Shown: positions 8,912 to 19,061 of the stretch, one piece after another
Layout: each line of letters starts with the position of its first letter
Numbering within the stretch: the stretch's first letter is position 1
IMG/VR virus record: IMGVR_UViG_3300030085_003924
Coordinates: 1 to 64,000 of that record
Strand: one strand, 5' to 3'
DNA from: an uncultured virus (IMG/VR IMGVR_UViG_3300030085_003924)
Lineage: Duplodnaviria; Heunggongvirae; Uroviricota; Caudoviricetes
DNA length: 64,000 nucleotides
The notes under the pieces: generated by a model
The model's database searches: none
Told to the model about the DNA's origin: nothing
Seen by the model: only the letters and a program-made list of their open reading frames with translations
Program-made: the position numbers and the translations under genes

Positions 8912-9933
8912 TGAGTACAGAAACAGCCTTTTGTGATTTACCTTGGACAAGACTTAAAGTTAGTCCTGGTGGAGAAATAACTAATTGTTGTTGGCAACAG
9001 ATTGGTATTGGAAATGTGCTACATAATTCATTTGAAAGGTTGTGGACTAAAAATAATGTCTTAGAGGAGATTAGAGAAGATACGAGAAATGGGGTTTTAC
9101 ATTCACTATGTAAGGAATTTGGTTGTTGTCCATACATGAATCAATCAGAAAATCCTGAATGGAAATCTTGGTATTCTAACGAAAAAAATACTTTTGAATA
9201 TGGTGATTACCCATCGATGTTGGAACTTGATTTACCTAACACTCATTGTAATATAGGACCTGGTATTCCAAATGATGATACTAATCCTGCATGTATTATG
9301 TGTGCAAGGCGAATTGATGGTTTTGTAAATGATACTACTTCATTTTTTGATGATATAGTGGATAGAATAAAATTCTTAATGCCTCATTTGATTAGAATTC
9401 ATGTACAAGGTTATGCCGAACCATTTTATAAAGACATAGTTTTTGAGGTTTTGGACAGATTAGATTTCAAATCTTTTAAAAAAGATATATGGTTGAGTGT
9501 TATTACAAATGGGATGTATATCAATAAAAAAAGTTCTACCAAATGGATGAATTCATCTGATAGAAATACTATTATGGTTTCAATAGATGCTGGAAGTAGA
9601 GAAACATATAAGAAGATAAGAATAGCAGATGCTTATGATTTGGTAATAAAAAATATGACTGAGTATAGTAAAAATAGAGATAGTGAGAAGGATAAACTTC
9701 ACATTAATAATAATATTAACACGATTAATGTTCATGAGTGTGTTAAAATGATTGAAGATGCAGATAAAATTGGAGTGGATGTTATACAACTTGGTCCTAC
9801 GGATCCTATGGAAATGACGCAAGACATATGTGTAAATGAATCTAATAGAGAAATTTTTGAAGAAAATTTTGAACTTGCAAGATTAAGAGCAGAAGAATTA
9901 GGTGTTAATATTCAACTATTAAAGGGATTTTAA
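8911..9933 (+). CDS. Radical SAM protein with N-terminal SPASM/Twitch-like domain and CX14CX2C motif
   Basis: CDLPW...GEITNCC..IGNV....FERLW; CNIGPGIPNDDTNPACIMC; GYAEPF, ITNG, VSIDAGSRETYKKIR. Confidence 0.8.
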   Translation: MSTETAFCDLPWTRLKVSPGGEITNCCWQQIGIGNVLHNSFERLWTKNNVLEEIREDTRNGVLHSLCKEFGCCPYMNQSENPEWKSWYSNEKNTFEYGDYPSMLELDLPNTHCNIGPGIPNDDTNPACIMCARRIDGFVNDTTSFFDDIVDRIKFLMPHLIRIHVQGYAEPFYKDIVFEVLDRLDFKSFKKDIWLSVITNGMYINKKSSTKWMNSSDRNTIMVSIDAGSRETYKKIRIADAYDLVIKNMTEYSKNRDSEKDKLHINNNINTINVHECVKMIEDADKIGVDVIQLGPTDPMEMTQDICVNESNREIFEENFELARLRAEELGVNIQLLKGF

Positions 9934-11153
9934 TGTATATAGATTATTTTGATAAATTTATGAATATGAAACCCTATCTTGAAATAAACGAGATAGAGTG
10001 GAAATATATAACAGAAACATTTGATAAAGAGGATGTGAAGGAAAGTCTCGCTACCGTAGCAATGAACTATCCACTTCCGTATCCTAATCTTACTGAGAAA
10101 TCAGCTTATAAAGATTTTATGAAACTCAAAGGGATGAAATGGAACGAAATCATGGTAGAGGGTGAATGGTACGCAAGAGAAGGAACGGAATACACATATG
10201 ATTTACTACACGATGGGAAACCATTGTATTTTAGAAGATTAAATGCTGGTAACATTTCAAGTAACTACTTTCAAATAGAAAATAGATGGAGTGTTGATGG
10301 TTCGGTAGCACCAGGACCTAAACGAACTTGGGAAACTCATAAGTTTATGACGACACTCATGGGGAGTGCATATTCACTTAAAATGACCAAGATAAATAGA
10401 AATATATTGAGAACTATGATTGGACTTCGTAAGTACATCTGTTCTCAGTTCAAACCAAATGTGGCAAAGATAATTTACGATATGTTTGAGTCAGAGAACA
10501 TACTTGACTTTTCAATGGGATGGGGTGATAGGTTAGCTGGATTCTACGCTAGTGAACACGGTAAACACTATGTTGGTTTAGATCCAAGGAAGGAAAACCA
10601 CCCTATCTACAAAGAACAATCGGAGTTTTATCAAAAACATTTGGGATTTTTTGAACACGATAGAAAGTGTGAATTTCATTGTTCACCAGCGGAAGATTTT
10701 GACTTCTCACCGTATAACGAACACTTCGATATGGTATTTACGAGTCCGCCATACTTTAGCGTGGAGCGTTATAGTTATGATGATACACAAAGTTGGGTTA
10801 GATATAAAGATATAAACGATTGGAACAAGGATTTCTTACAGACGACCTTGGGTAACTTATGGGGAAGTATTAAACCAGGTGGATATTTATTGGTAAATAT
10901 TAGTGATGTCTATACAAATTCAAAATGGTCAACCGAAAGAGGTTGGTTAGAAATCTGTAATCCTATGAATGATTTTCTCTCAACACTTGGTGAATATCAA
11001 GGTTGTATTGGAATGGAAATGGCTAAAAGACCTAATAGTGGTGGAGCTGGAACGGCAAAAACTTACGAAGGTTCAGTATGGACGGAAAAATCACTTGAGA
11101 ATAAAGAAGATAAGAAATTTGGAGAACCGATTTGGGTATGGAAAAAATTGTAA
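9933..11153 (+). CDS. DNA amino-methyltransferase (N4-C/N6-A, SPPY type)
   Basis: LDFSMGWGDRLAG SAM-binding motif followed by FTSPPYF..ERY. Confidence 0.82.
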   Translation: MYIDYFDKFMNMKPYLEINEIEWKYITETFDKEDVKESLATVAMNYPLPYPNLTEKSAYKDFMKLKGMKWNEIMVEGEWYAREGTEYTYDLLHDGKPLYFRRLNAGNISSNYFQIENRWSVDGSVAPGPKRTWETHKFMTTLMGSAYSLKMTKINRNILRTMIGLRKYICSQFKPNVAKIIYDMFESENILDFSMGWGDRLAGFYASEHGKHYVGLDPRKENHPIYKEQSEFYQKHLGFFEHDRKCEFHCSPAEDFDFSPYNEHFDMVFTSPPYFSVERYSYDDTQSWVRYKDINDWNKDFLQTTLGNLWGSIKPGGYLLVNISDVYTNSKWSTERGWLEICNPMNDFLSTLGEYQGCIGMEMAKRPNSGGAGTAKTYEGSVWTEKSLENKEDKKFGEPIWVWKKL

Positions 11154-12130
11154 ATAGTCATAACGAATGGGATACTTTAAAAGAAGTATTTGTAGGTAAC
11201 ATAGAAAATCCAAATAATCCAATCAAGGGCAAAGACCTTCATTGCATTAACTATGCCGATAGAGATAACATTGATGATGTTAAAGAGGGTTATTATCCAG
11301 AACAAGTTATAGAAGAAACTAAAGAAGATTTAGAAGAATTAGTATCTACTCTCAAATCATTTGGAGTAAAGGTTAAAAGACCAACGACACAAGATAATTT
11401 TAAACCATTCTTATCAAATGGTGAGTGGATGTCAGATGGGTATTACAATTATTGTCCAAGAGATAGTGTGATTGTTATTGGTGATACTATAATTGAATCA
11501 CCTATGGCTTTGAGGTCAAGATACTTTGAAACATTTTCATTTCGTGATGATTTTATTGATTATATGAAGAAAGGTGCAAGGTGGGTATCAGCACCAAAAC
11601 CAATACTAAGAGATGATTGTTATCAAAGAGAAAACTTAGATGAACTAACATTAACAGAGGTAGAACCAATATTTGATGCAGCAAATATCCTCAGATGTAA
11701 TGATGATATATTATACTTGGTTTCCAATACAGGTAACAAGTTAGGGGCACAATGGTTACAGAATTTTCTTGGAAGTGAGTATAAAGTACATACTTTAGAA
11801 AATATGTATAGTTATGTTCACTTGGATTCTACAATTGCTTTATTACGAGAGGGATTGTGTCTATTGAATCCTGAACGAGTTAATGAAGATAATATACCCG
11901 AACCATTAAAATCTTGGGATAAGATTTGGTGTCCTGATATGGTGGATATAGGACACTATCCTAATTACAATCACGCTTCGGTTTGGATTGGTATTAATTT
12001 ATTGTCTTTGACTGAAAATTTAGTTATATGTGATGAGAACCAAACAGAGTTACACAAGGAATTATATAAAAACAATATAGAAGTTATTCCTATGAAATTA
12101 AGACATGCCAGAACACTTGGTGGTAGTTAG
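11138..12130 (+). pseudogene. Glycine/inosamine-phosphate amidinotransferase (StrB1/AGAT family), C-terminally truncated
   Basis: VNSHNEWDTLKEV.VG, NYCPRD, FDAAN, HLDST; ends RTLGGS-stop where the family has GGxFHC with the catalytic Cys. Confidence 0.8.
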
Positions 12131-13413
12131 GTGAACTTGAAAAGTTATGTATCAATTCGTGGATAGAGAATGGTTATGAATTTAATCTTTGGTTGTACGA
12201 TGATATAGAAGTGCCTGAGGGCGTGATAGTGAAAAATGCAAGTGATATTATTTCTATTGATGAATATTTTACATATGATGATGGAGTTTCTAAAGGAACT
12301 GCAGTTGCATTTTCAAATTTATTTAGGTCTAAATTATTATATCAAAGGGGTGGATTGTATATTGATTTAGATGTTTTGTGTTTGAGGCCATATAATTTTG
12401 ATAAACGATTTGTATTTTCGAGACAAATAGATAGTGAGTGGGGTTATCATGTTGCAACATGCATTATATATAGTGAAAATACCGAAGAAGAAATATTTAA
12501 TGATTGGTCGAATAGGATTATAGAAACAAAGAATGTCAGTTCAATCGCTCACGGAGATTTAGGGCCACATTTATTTACAAGGTTGATTGAATTATATAAT
12601 TTAAAAAAGTATGTGTTACCAAAAAGAAATTTTTGTCCAATTGATTGGGAATCTTACAAGGATGTACTTGAATCTAATTTTGATTCATATGGTGTTCATT
12701 TATATAGAAGTTTATGGGATGACGAGGACTATAAAAATATAAATAAATTAAAATCTCAAAATAGTATAAAAGACAATCTAACAAAATGGACTTATCCTGG
12801 AGCTTGGAGTAAAGATGGAGATGAGTGGGATGACCAAGCCATATTCTGTAATCAACCTTATGAAAAATGGAAAAGTTCATTAATAGAAACTTTTATTAAA
12901 GATAACTCTAATAATAGTGTTCTTGAAATAGGATGTGGACATGGTAGATGGAGTGAACATCTTATTAAATTTGCTAACAATGTTTCTTTGGTAGACTTAA
13001 ATGGAGAGTATGTAGATTTTTGTAAAGATAAATTTAAAGACAAGGAAAATGTAACTTTTATTAAAAATGATGGAAAGAGTTTAAGTGATATAAAAGATAA
13101 CTCAATAGATTTTATATGGTCGTATGATGTATTTGTTCATATGGATAAAAAAACTCAATTTGATTATTTTTTAGAATTTAAAAGAGTTTTAAAAAATGAT
13201 GGTAAGTGTATAATTCATCACACGATTGGAGATGTAACCAAGAGTGTAGAACCAGGATGGCGTTCAATAATATCACGAGATGAATTTAATAAAATGTTAA
13301 GGGATTCAAATCTTAATTTAAATCATCAGACTCAAAGTTGGGGTAAAAATGATGAATTTAATTGTAAATTATTTAATGATTTTATATCTGTAATTGGTAA
13401 ACATAATGATTAA
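12127..13413 (+). CDS. DXD glycosyltransferase (GT32/OCH1-like) fused to class I SAM methyltransferase; N-terminus missing
   Basis: In-frame LGELEKLCINSWIENGYEFNLWLYD upstream of 12193 with no start codon; FSNLFRSKLLYQRGGLYIDLDV; VLEIGCGHGRW, SIDFIWSYDVFVH. Confidence 0.75.
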   Translation, partial: LGELEKLCINSWIENGYEFNLWLYDDIEVPEGVIVKNASDIISIDEYFTYDDGVSKGTAVAFSNLFRSKLLYQRGGLYIDLDVLCLRPYNFDKRFVFSRQIDSEWGYHVATCIIYSENTEEEIFNDWSNRIIETKNVSSIAHGDLGPHLFTRLIELYNLKKYVLPKRNFCPIDWESYKDVLESNFDSYGVHLYRSLWDDEDYKNINKLKSQNSIKDNLTKWTYPGAWSKDGDEWDDQAIFCNQPYEKWKSSLIETFIKDNSNNSVLEIGCGHGRWSEHLIKFANNVSLVDLNGEYVDFCKDKFKDKENVTFIKNDGKSLSDIKDNSIDFIWSYDVFVHMDKKTQFDYFLEFKRVLKNDGKCIIHHTIGDVTKSVEPGWRSIISRDEFNKMLRDSNLNLNHQTQSWGKNDEFNCKLFNDFISVIGKHND

Positions 13414-14251
13414 TGTAGTTACTACGGTAGGTTTAGATACAATTTTATTACATCATTTTGTGACTCACTACAAGTCATTGGGAGTTGACAATATTTATGT
13501 GGTGGTTTGGGGAGATTCTAAAAAAGTAAAATATAAAGAAATTGTTGATGTATTAGAAACACATAACTTAGAAATCTATAAAGATTTGAGAGATGTAAAT
13601 ACAGGAGATGCAGAATATTTAACTGATATATACAATGATGTAATATCTGATAAACCAAATGAATGGTGGATAGTTGCAGATTTAGATGAATTTGCTGTAT
13701 TTCCAAAACCAGTAGACGAGTTTATAAATAAGGATTTAAAATATAATGATTTTGCATATGGATTGGTCTTAGATAGAGTTGGTGAGAATGGAGAATTTAA
13801 TGAACTTAAATATGAGGATGATATTTGGGAGCGGTTTCCAAATGTGGGATATGTAAGTAGATATGTTAGGCAAAATGATTCAAGGGGTGTTATTTTACTA
13901 AAAGGAACTGCAGGAAAGATTGGTGGTGGTCAACATTGTTTTTCAAGACACATGATGTCAACTGATGATTGGGAAGTATATGTAAAAGATAAGGATTGGT
14001 GGCCACCGATGGTACAGATTCATCATTTTAGATGGGGGAAAAATAATATTAAAATAGAAAAAGAATACATAAGAATGGGAGACAAATGGTGGGGATGGGA
14101 ACACGAGAGTGTTTTAAATTATATGTTAGATAATAAAAAAGTAGATATTACAGACTCAAGATTTTTAATCGAAAGGTGCCCAAATAATCAATTTAATTCT
14201 TATTCAAGATGGGATGAAGTTATTCAGTTACCAACTTATAGGGTTTTATGA
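13406..14251 (+). CDS. GT-A fold glycosyltransferase (Glyco_tranf_2_4-like)
   Basis: HFVTHYKSLGVDNIYV, WWIVADLDEF, IHHFRW. Confidence 0.7.
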   Translation: MINVVTTVGLDTILLHHFVTHYKSLGVDNIYVVVWGDSKKVKYKEIVDVLETHNLEIYKDLRDVNTGDAEYLTDIYNDVISDKPNEWWIVADLDEFAVFPKPVDEFINKDLKYNDFAYGLVLDRVGENGEFNELKYEDDIWERFPNVGYVSRYVRQNDSRGVILLKGTAGKIGGGQHCFSRHMMSTDDWEVYVKDKDWWPPMVQIHHFRWGKNNIKIEKEYIRMGDKWWGWEHESVLNYMLDNKKVDITDSRFLIERCPNNQFNSYSRWDEVIQLPTYRVL

Positions 14252-14910
14252 TGAAAGAGAAAGGATACCTGGTAGAAAATTTTTTAAGAGAATTCGAACA
14301 CGATACACTACTTTCAGAATTGGAGCTATTCGTTACGAAACAATGTGAATCACTAAATATTAAGATTGATAACTTAACTCAATATCATAAGTATGTAGAT
14401 GATGATATTCACTATAAAATAATTAAAAAAATATATGATAATAGTTTTTTTGATGAGATAAACTTTAATGTTGAGATTATAGAAAATAGAATTTCAGATA
14501 TACTTGATAGAAAACTCGTAATTAAAGATGATTATTATCAAGATACAAAAAAAATTAATATAAGAGCCATCCGTCCCAACAAAAATGATATGAGTCCAAT
14601 ACATAGAGATACTTGGTTAGATAAGTTAAAAGAAAGTGGAATTAATTTGTATATACCTTTATGGGGAAGTAATAAAGATTCAAGTCTTGCAGTTGCAGAA
14701 GGAAGTCATAAGTGGGTTAATTTAGTTAAGGTTAATGATGATAAATTTTCTGTACCTAAATTAAAAGTTCCTTATGGTTTTCCTTTGATAAGACCGAATC
14801 CTAAACCTAACGAAGTATTGATATTTTATCCTAAATTAATACATAGTGGATTAAACAATACAAGTAATGAAACGAGATTTTCATTGGAGATTAGATTGTA
14901 TGAGAATTGA
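14248..14910 (+). CDS. Fe(II)/2-oxoglutarate dioxygenase (PhyH-like)
   Basis: PIHRDTW, NLYIPL, GSHKW, LIHSGLNNTSNETRFSLEIR. Confidence 0.8.
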   Translation: MMKEKGYLVENFLREFEHDTLLSELELFVTKQCESLNIKIDNLTQYHKYVDDDIHYKIIKKIYDNSFFDEINFNVEIIENRISDILDRKLVIKDDYYQDTKKINIRAIRPNKNDMSPIHRDTWLDKLKESGINLYIPLWGSNKDSSLAVAEGSHKWVNLVKVNDDKFSVPKLKVPYGFPLIRPNPKPNEVLIFYPKLIHSGLNNTSNETRFSLEIRLYEN

Positions 14911-15718
14911 ACAGGCTCGTATTTCACCATCCCATTACCATTTTGTAGATGAATTTTTAGATAGGTGGAATCTAAGACCATATGATAATCCAGAAGAACC
15001 CGCAGTATTTTGGGGATTGTATCCTGATTGGGATGACGAAATACAATCTGAAAAAGATACATCAACTGATATAGATGTATTTAATAACCACAGAGGGTTA
15101 AAGGTCTTGTTATGTGGTGGTAAAGAATATAAATCGGGAGTATTTGACAAAATAGATAATTATAATCTCGTGTGTGTTGATAAATGGGAATCGGATATTT
15201 CTTCCAAGATGGGATTAAAACATATATGGTTAAAAATACCATATTTTAATTTTGATAAATATAAACCAACACCATTGGGTGATAAGATTTATTCTCACAT
15301 TCCGATGAGAGAAATTGAGCGTCAATACATAGCACATGATGGTAGATTAGTTACAAAGTTTGAAGAAATATTTCAGTATGAAAAATTGATAGATTGGTTT
15401 GGAGAGGATATGTTTTGTTTTCCAAAGGAATGGGTTAGTCGTGAGGAGCTTATTAAATACTACACTAAAAGTTTTGTAAATATAAAACCACATAAGATTA
15501 GAGGTGCAAATACGGCTTGGATGTTAGGATGTATGGGTAGAAATACAATAACCACCAATACTGAACAAGTACCAAGTTATTTACATTATGATTCTGTTGA
15601 TGAATTAAAAAGGTTAGTAGATGAAGAATCAAAAAAGATTGGAACTATACAGGAGAATAAATTATGGGATTATTTTCATCAATCCGATGATTGGTTACAT
15701 GAGGAGTATTGGAAATGA
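14900..15718 (+). CDS. Hypothetical protein, possibly GT-B-like
   Basis: Long ORF; ATG 14900 behind GGAG; weak GT-B-like C-terminus (SREELIKYY...GANTAWMLGCMGR). Confidence 0.45.
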   Translation: MRIEQARISPSHYHFVDEFLDRWNLRPYDNPEEPAVFWGLYPDWDDEIQSEKDTSTDIDVFNNHRGLKVLLCGGKEYKSGVFDKIDNYNLVCVDKWESDISSKMGLKHIWLKIPYFNFDKYKPTPLGDKIYSHIPMREIERQYIAHDGRLVTKFEEIFQYEKLIDWFGEDMFCFPKEWVSREELIKYYTKSFVNIKPHKIRGANTAWMLGCMGRNTITTNTEQVPSYLHYDSVDELKRLVDEESKKIGTIQENKLWDYFHQSDDWLHEEYWK

Positions 15719-16389
15719 TATTATACACTAATGGATGTAGTTTTGTTTGGGGAGATGAATTAAGGGATAGAAAAAACGAAGCCTTTCCATTCTTATTACA
15801 AAAGAAATTTAATTGTCAATTAATAGATGATTCACAATGTGGTAGTAATAATCAAAGAATTTTACGAACTACTTTACAACAAAACTTTAAAAAAGATATT
15901 TTCGTAATAATCGGATGGAGTTCAATATATAGATATGAATATTATGAAAATGGATGGAATAATGTTGCACCTCATCATGGTGAGAAATTTAAAGTAATAA
16001 AGTATTTTAAGGAAGAATGGTTCATTGTAAATTTTCTCAATCAAGTTTTGGCATTACAGAATCATTTAAAATATCATAATATTCCATTCTTCTTCTTTCT
16101 ATCTTTTGCAGGTGCACCTGTTTTTGGGGTGAAAGATTATGGTTATGATGAAAGAAATGCAACTTTTCCTAATAAACCAATAGTAGATTGGGTAGATTAC
16201 TATGGTGAGTTTTTTGATTTGGTAGACAGAGAAACATTCCCAAGTCTTTTTAATAATGATTTGGTCTTTAGAGATTATTGTTTTAATCATGGAGAGGGAA
16301 TGTCACACGATATTAATGGACACCCAACAAAAGAATCACATAAGTTATGGGCAGATTATTTATATAAAAATATCAATATTACAAAGTAA
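15715..16389 (+). CDS. SGNH/GDSL hydrolase-like protein
   Basis: LYTNGCSFVWGDEL, GSNNQRILRTT, VIIGWS...RYE, GHPTKESHKLWAD. Confidence 0.72.
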   Translation: MILYTNGCSFVWGDELRDRKNEAFPFLLQKKFNCQLIDDSQCGSNNQRILRTTLQQNFKKDIFVIIGWSSIYRYEYYENGWNNVAPHHGEKFKVIKYFKEEWFIVNFLNQVLALQNHLKYHNIPFFFFLSFAGAPVFGVKDYGYDERNATFPNKPIVDWVDYYGEFFDLVDRETFPSLFNNDLVFRDYCFNHGEGMSHDINGHPTKESHKLWADYLYKNINITK

Positions 16390-16391
16390 CT

Positions 16392-17246
16392 ATGGAAATG
16401 AATCAATCCACTCAATTAAATATAAAAAGAAAAAGTTTATATGTTGATAATGTAGTTTTACATAATGGTAAACCATTATTTAGTTTTATCGATATAAACC
16501 CTACCGAACTTTGTAATAGAACTTGTGAGTTTTGTCCAAGAGTAGATTCTGATATTTATCCTAATCAAGATTTACATATGGATATCAGCACTGCTCATAA
16601 AATACGAGAAGAACTTGAAGAATTAAATTGGAAGGGCTCTATAAATATATGTGGAAATGGAGAGCCACTATTACACAAAGATATAGTTGGTTTGGTAAGA
16701 GCATTTGGTGATAGGATTCATGTAGAAATAACAACTAATGGTGATTTTTTGAGAGTTGACTTAATTAAGGATTTGTATGCAAATCATCTTGATTATATGG
16801 TGATAAGTATGTATGATGGACCAGAACAGGTAAATTATTTTGATGAATTATTTAATAAAAGTAATATTGATAAATCTAAATATACTTTAAGGGATAGGTG
16901 GTATAGAGAAGATGAAGATTATGGTCTTATATTAACCAATAGGGCAGGAACTTTTGATTGGAACAGGAGTATGGGAATTGGTAAACAATGTTTTTATATG
17001 CACTATTCTATACAGATTGATTGGAATGGTGATGTATTATTTTGTGTTCAAGATATATATGGAAAGACAAGAACCTTTGGAAATGTAAATGATAAATCAT
17101 TATGGGATATGTGGGAATCTAAACAAATGGATAAATACAGAAAGTTATTAGGTAAAGGTGATAGAACTGAATCACCATGCAATAAATGTGATGCAAGTGG
17201 ACTTATACACGGATATAGTCATTATTTAAAATGGAAAAATATATGA
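16392..17246 (+). CDS. Radical SAM protein with C-terminal SPASM/Twitch domain
   Basis: CNRTCEFC, GNGEPLLH, TTNGD; C..IDWNGDVLFC..FGNV....LWDMW...PCNKC. Confidence 0.9.
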   Translation: MEMNQSTQLNIKRKSLYVDNVVLHNGKPLFSFIDINPTELCNRTCEFCPRVDSDIYPNQDLHMDISTAHKIREELEELNWKGSINICGNGEPLLHKDIVGLVRAFGDRIHVEITTNGDFLRVDLIKDLYANHLDYMVISMYDGPEQVNYFDELFNKSNIDKSKYTLRDRWYREDEDYGLILTNRAGTFDWNRSMGIGKQCFYMHYSIQIDWNGDVLFCVQDIYGKTRTFGNVNDKSLWDMWESKQMDKYRKLLGKGDRTESPCNKCDASGLIHGYSHYLKWKNI

Positions 17247-17764
17247 TAGGTGAGTATAGAGAAGCAGATTGGGATAGTTGGGAAACAGATCCTATTCTTA
17301 AAGATAGATTTGCAAATGATGATAATCGTGAATTGAAAATACTTGGAAAAATTTATCCTATTCCAAATAATGGAACATTTACTATATACTGGCCCAATGG
17401 ATTAAAGAGGTATGAATGGGACTATAAAGATGGTAAAAGGGCGGATGGTAAATCCTACGGTTGGTGGCCAAATGGTAAAATAAAAATAATACGAAATTGG
17501 GTAGAACAAAAACACTTTGGATTACAGCAAGAATTTTATACAAATGGGAAAATTTGGTTAGAGGAGATGATTACGGTTAATAAGGATTATGGTGAGTTTA
17601 CAGAGTATAATATAGATGGAACTATAAAACAAAAGGGTAGATTTAATTTAGATTACCGAATAACTGAAGATTATGGGGCGTCTGTTAGTCAACCATTGTG
17701 GCACGATGATGAGGATGTTCTTGTTACAAAGACTACGGGATATCCAGATAAACTTGATTTATGA
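17243..17764 (+). CDS. MORN-variant (YwqK-like) repeat protein
   Basis: YWPNG, YKDGK.DG, WWPNGK, FYTNGK repeats. Confidence 0.7.
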   Translation: MIGEYREADWDSWETDPILKDRFANDDNRELKILGKIYPIPNNGTFTIYWPNGLKRYEWDYKDGKRADGKSYGWWPNGKIKIIRNWVEQKHFGLQQEFYTNGKIWLEEMITVNKDYGEFTEYNIDGTIKQKGRFNLDYRITEDYGASVSQPLWHDDEDVLVTKTTGYPDKLDL

Positions 17765-18375
17765 AAATAGCAATACTACAAAGTAATTACTTACCTTGGA
17801 CGGGTGTATTTGAATTGATAAATTCAGTTGATAAGTTTGTATTTTATGACAATGTACAATTTACAAAACAAGATTGGAGAACAAGAAATAAGATACAACC
17901 AGATAATTGGTTATCAGTTCCAATACAAAGACAAAAATTAAATACTAACATAATAGATATTAAAATATGTAATGATATTAATTGGAAGAAGAAACATTAT
18001 AAAAGTATTTATCAGACATATTGTAAAACAAGATATTTCAATCAGTATAAATATTTATTAGATTTTTACTTACAAGATTGGGAATACCTATACGAATTAA
18101 ATCGTTACACTACAAAAAAAATTTGTAAAACCTTACATATAGATACTGAATTTTATCATTCAGAGGATTTTGATTTAATAGGAAATTCATCACAACGGTT
18201 GGTTCAGTTAGTAAAGGAACTTGGTGGAACGCACTATGTATCAGGACCTAAGGCAAAAAATTATATTGATGAAGAATTATTTGGTGATATTAAATTAGAA
18301 TATATGAAATATAAAACAAAAAATAATTTTATGGTATTGGATAATATATATAATAACGGAGTAGATATACTATGA
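17761..18375 (+). CDS. WbqC-family protein
   Basis: IAILQSNYLPWTG.FELI..VDKFVFYDNVQFTKQDWRTRNKI; YVSGPKAKNYID. Confidence 0.9.
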   Translation: MKIAILQSNYLPWTGVFELINSVDKFVFYDNVQFTKQDWRTRNKIQPDNWLSVPIQRQKLNTNIIDIKICNDINWKKKHYKSIYQTYCKTRYFNQYKYLLDFYLQDWEYLYELNRYTTKKICKTLHIDTEFYHSEDFDLIGNSSQRLVQLVKELGGTHYVSGPKAKNYIDEELFGDIKLEYMKYKTKNNFMVLDNIYNNGVDIL

Positions 18376-19061
18376 AATACTTATTTGTAATTTATACCGA
18401 TTCGGAGTATAAAGAACATTTACAAAATTTTAAGACACAAGAATTTTATAAACAGATTTGTGCAGATGAAAATATAGAAGTGATAGAATGGGGTTCGGAT
18501 TTTCATACAGATTATAATGATTTACCAATCAAAACACAGCAAATGATGAAGTGGTGTAGTGAAAATAAGGAATATGATTATTTGATAAAATGTGATGATA
18601 CTATATTTAATGATAGGTGGGTTCATTATAGTGATAGATTAGTATATGAAAATATTTTTAAAAATGATGATGTAGAATATAGTTGGAAGTGGGGGGACTT
18701 TTTTAACGACACAATTACTGAGGACAATAAAGTATATTATGAACCAAACACACATTGGAAAACTGGTTTATTAGGAGCGTGGATTAAAATAAATCAAATC
18801 AGTAACGATTATCGTGGAATTAATTTGTTGGAATTAGAAGAAAAAGATTGGTTAGGATTTGAAAAAAACCACGATTCAGTAGATTCCATTGATATTAATT
18901 TTATACCAAATGATATTCCGTTTTTTGAAGGAAAATTTTATATGGTTTCTAAAAAGTTTAGTATATTTATAGGTGAACATGAATCTTTCGCGAAAGAGTT
19001 GAGTACAAACTTTCCTGTTGAAGATTTAATGATAGGTTATTTAATAGAGGATTTCAAATGA
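18372..19061 (+). CDS. Galactosyltransferase-like (GT31-like) protein
   Basis: YNDLPIKT..MMKW, YDYLIKCDD, GKFYMVS, VEDLMIG. Confidence 0.65.
   Translation: MKYLFVIYTDSEYKEHLQNFKTQEFYKQICADENIEVIEWGSDFHTDYNDLPIKTQQMMKWCSENKEYDYLIKCDDTIFNDRWVHYSDRLVYENIFKNDDVEYSWKWGDFFNDTITEDNKVYYEPNTHWKTGLLGAWIKINQISNDYRGINLLELEEKDWLGFEKNHDSVDSIDINFIPNDIPFFEGKFYMVSKKFSIFIGEHESFAKELSTNFPVEDLMIGYLIEDFK

Noticed and set aside
12128..12130. TAG readthrough or genetic recoding of the amidinotransferase stop
   Set aside because: Readthrough gives VNLKSYVSIRG-stop, not the expected FHC motif, and other genes end normally at TAG
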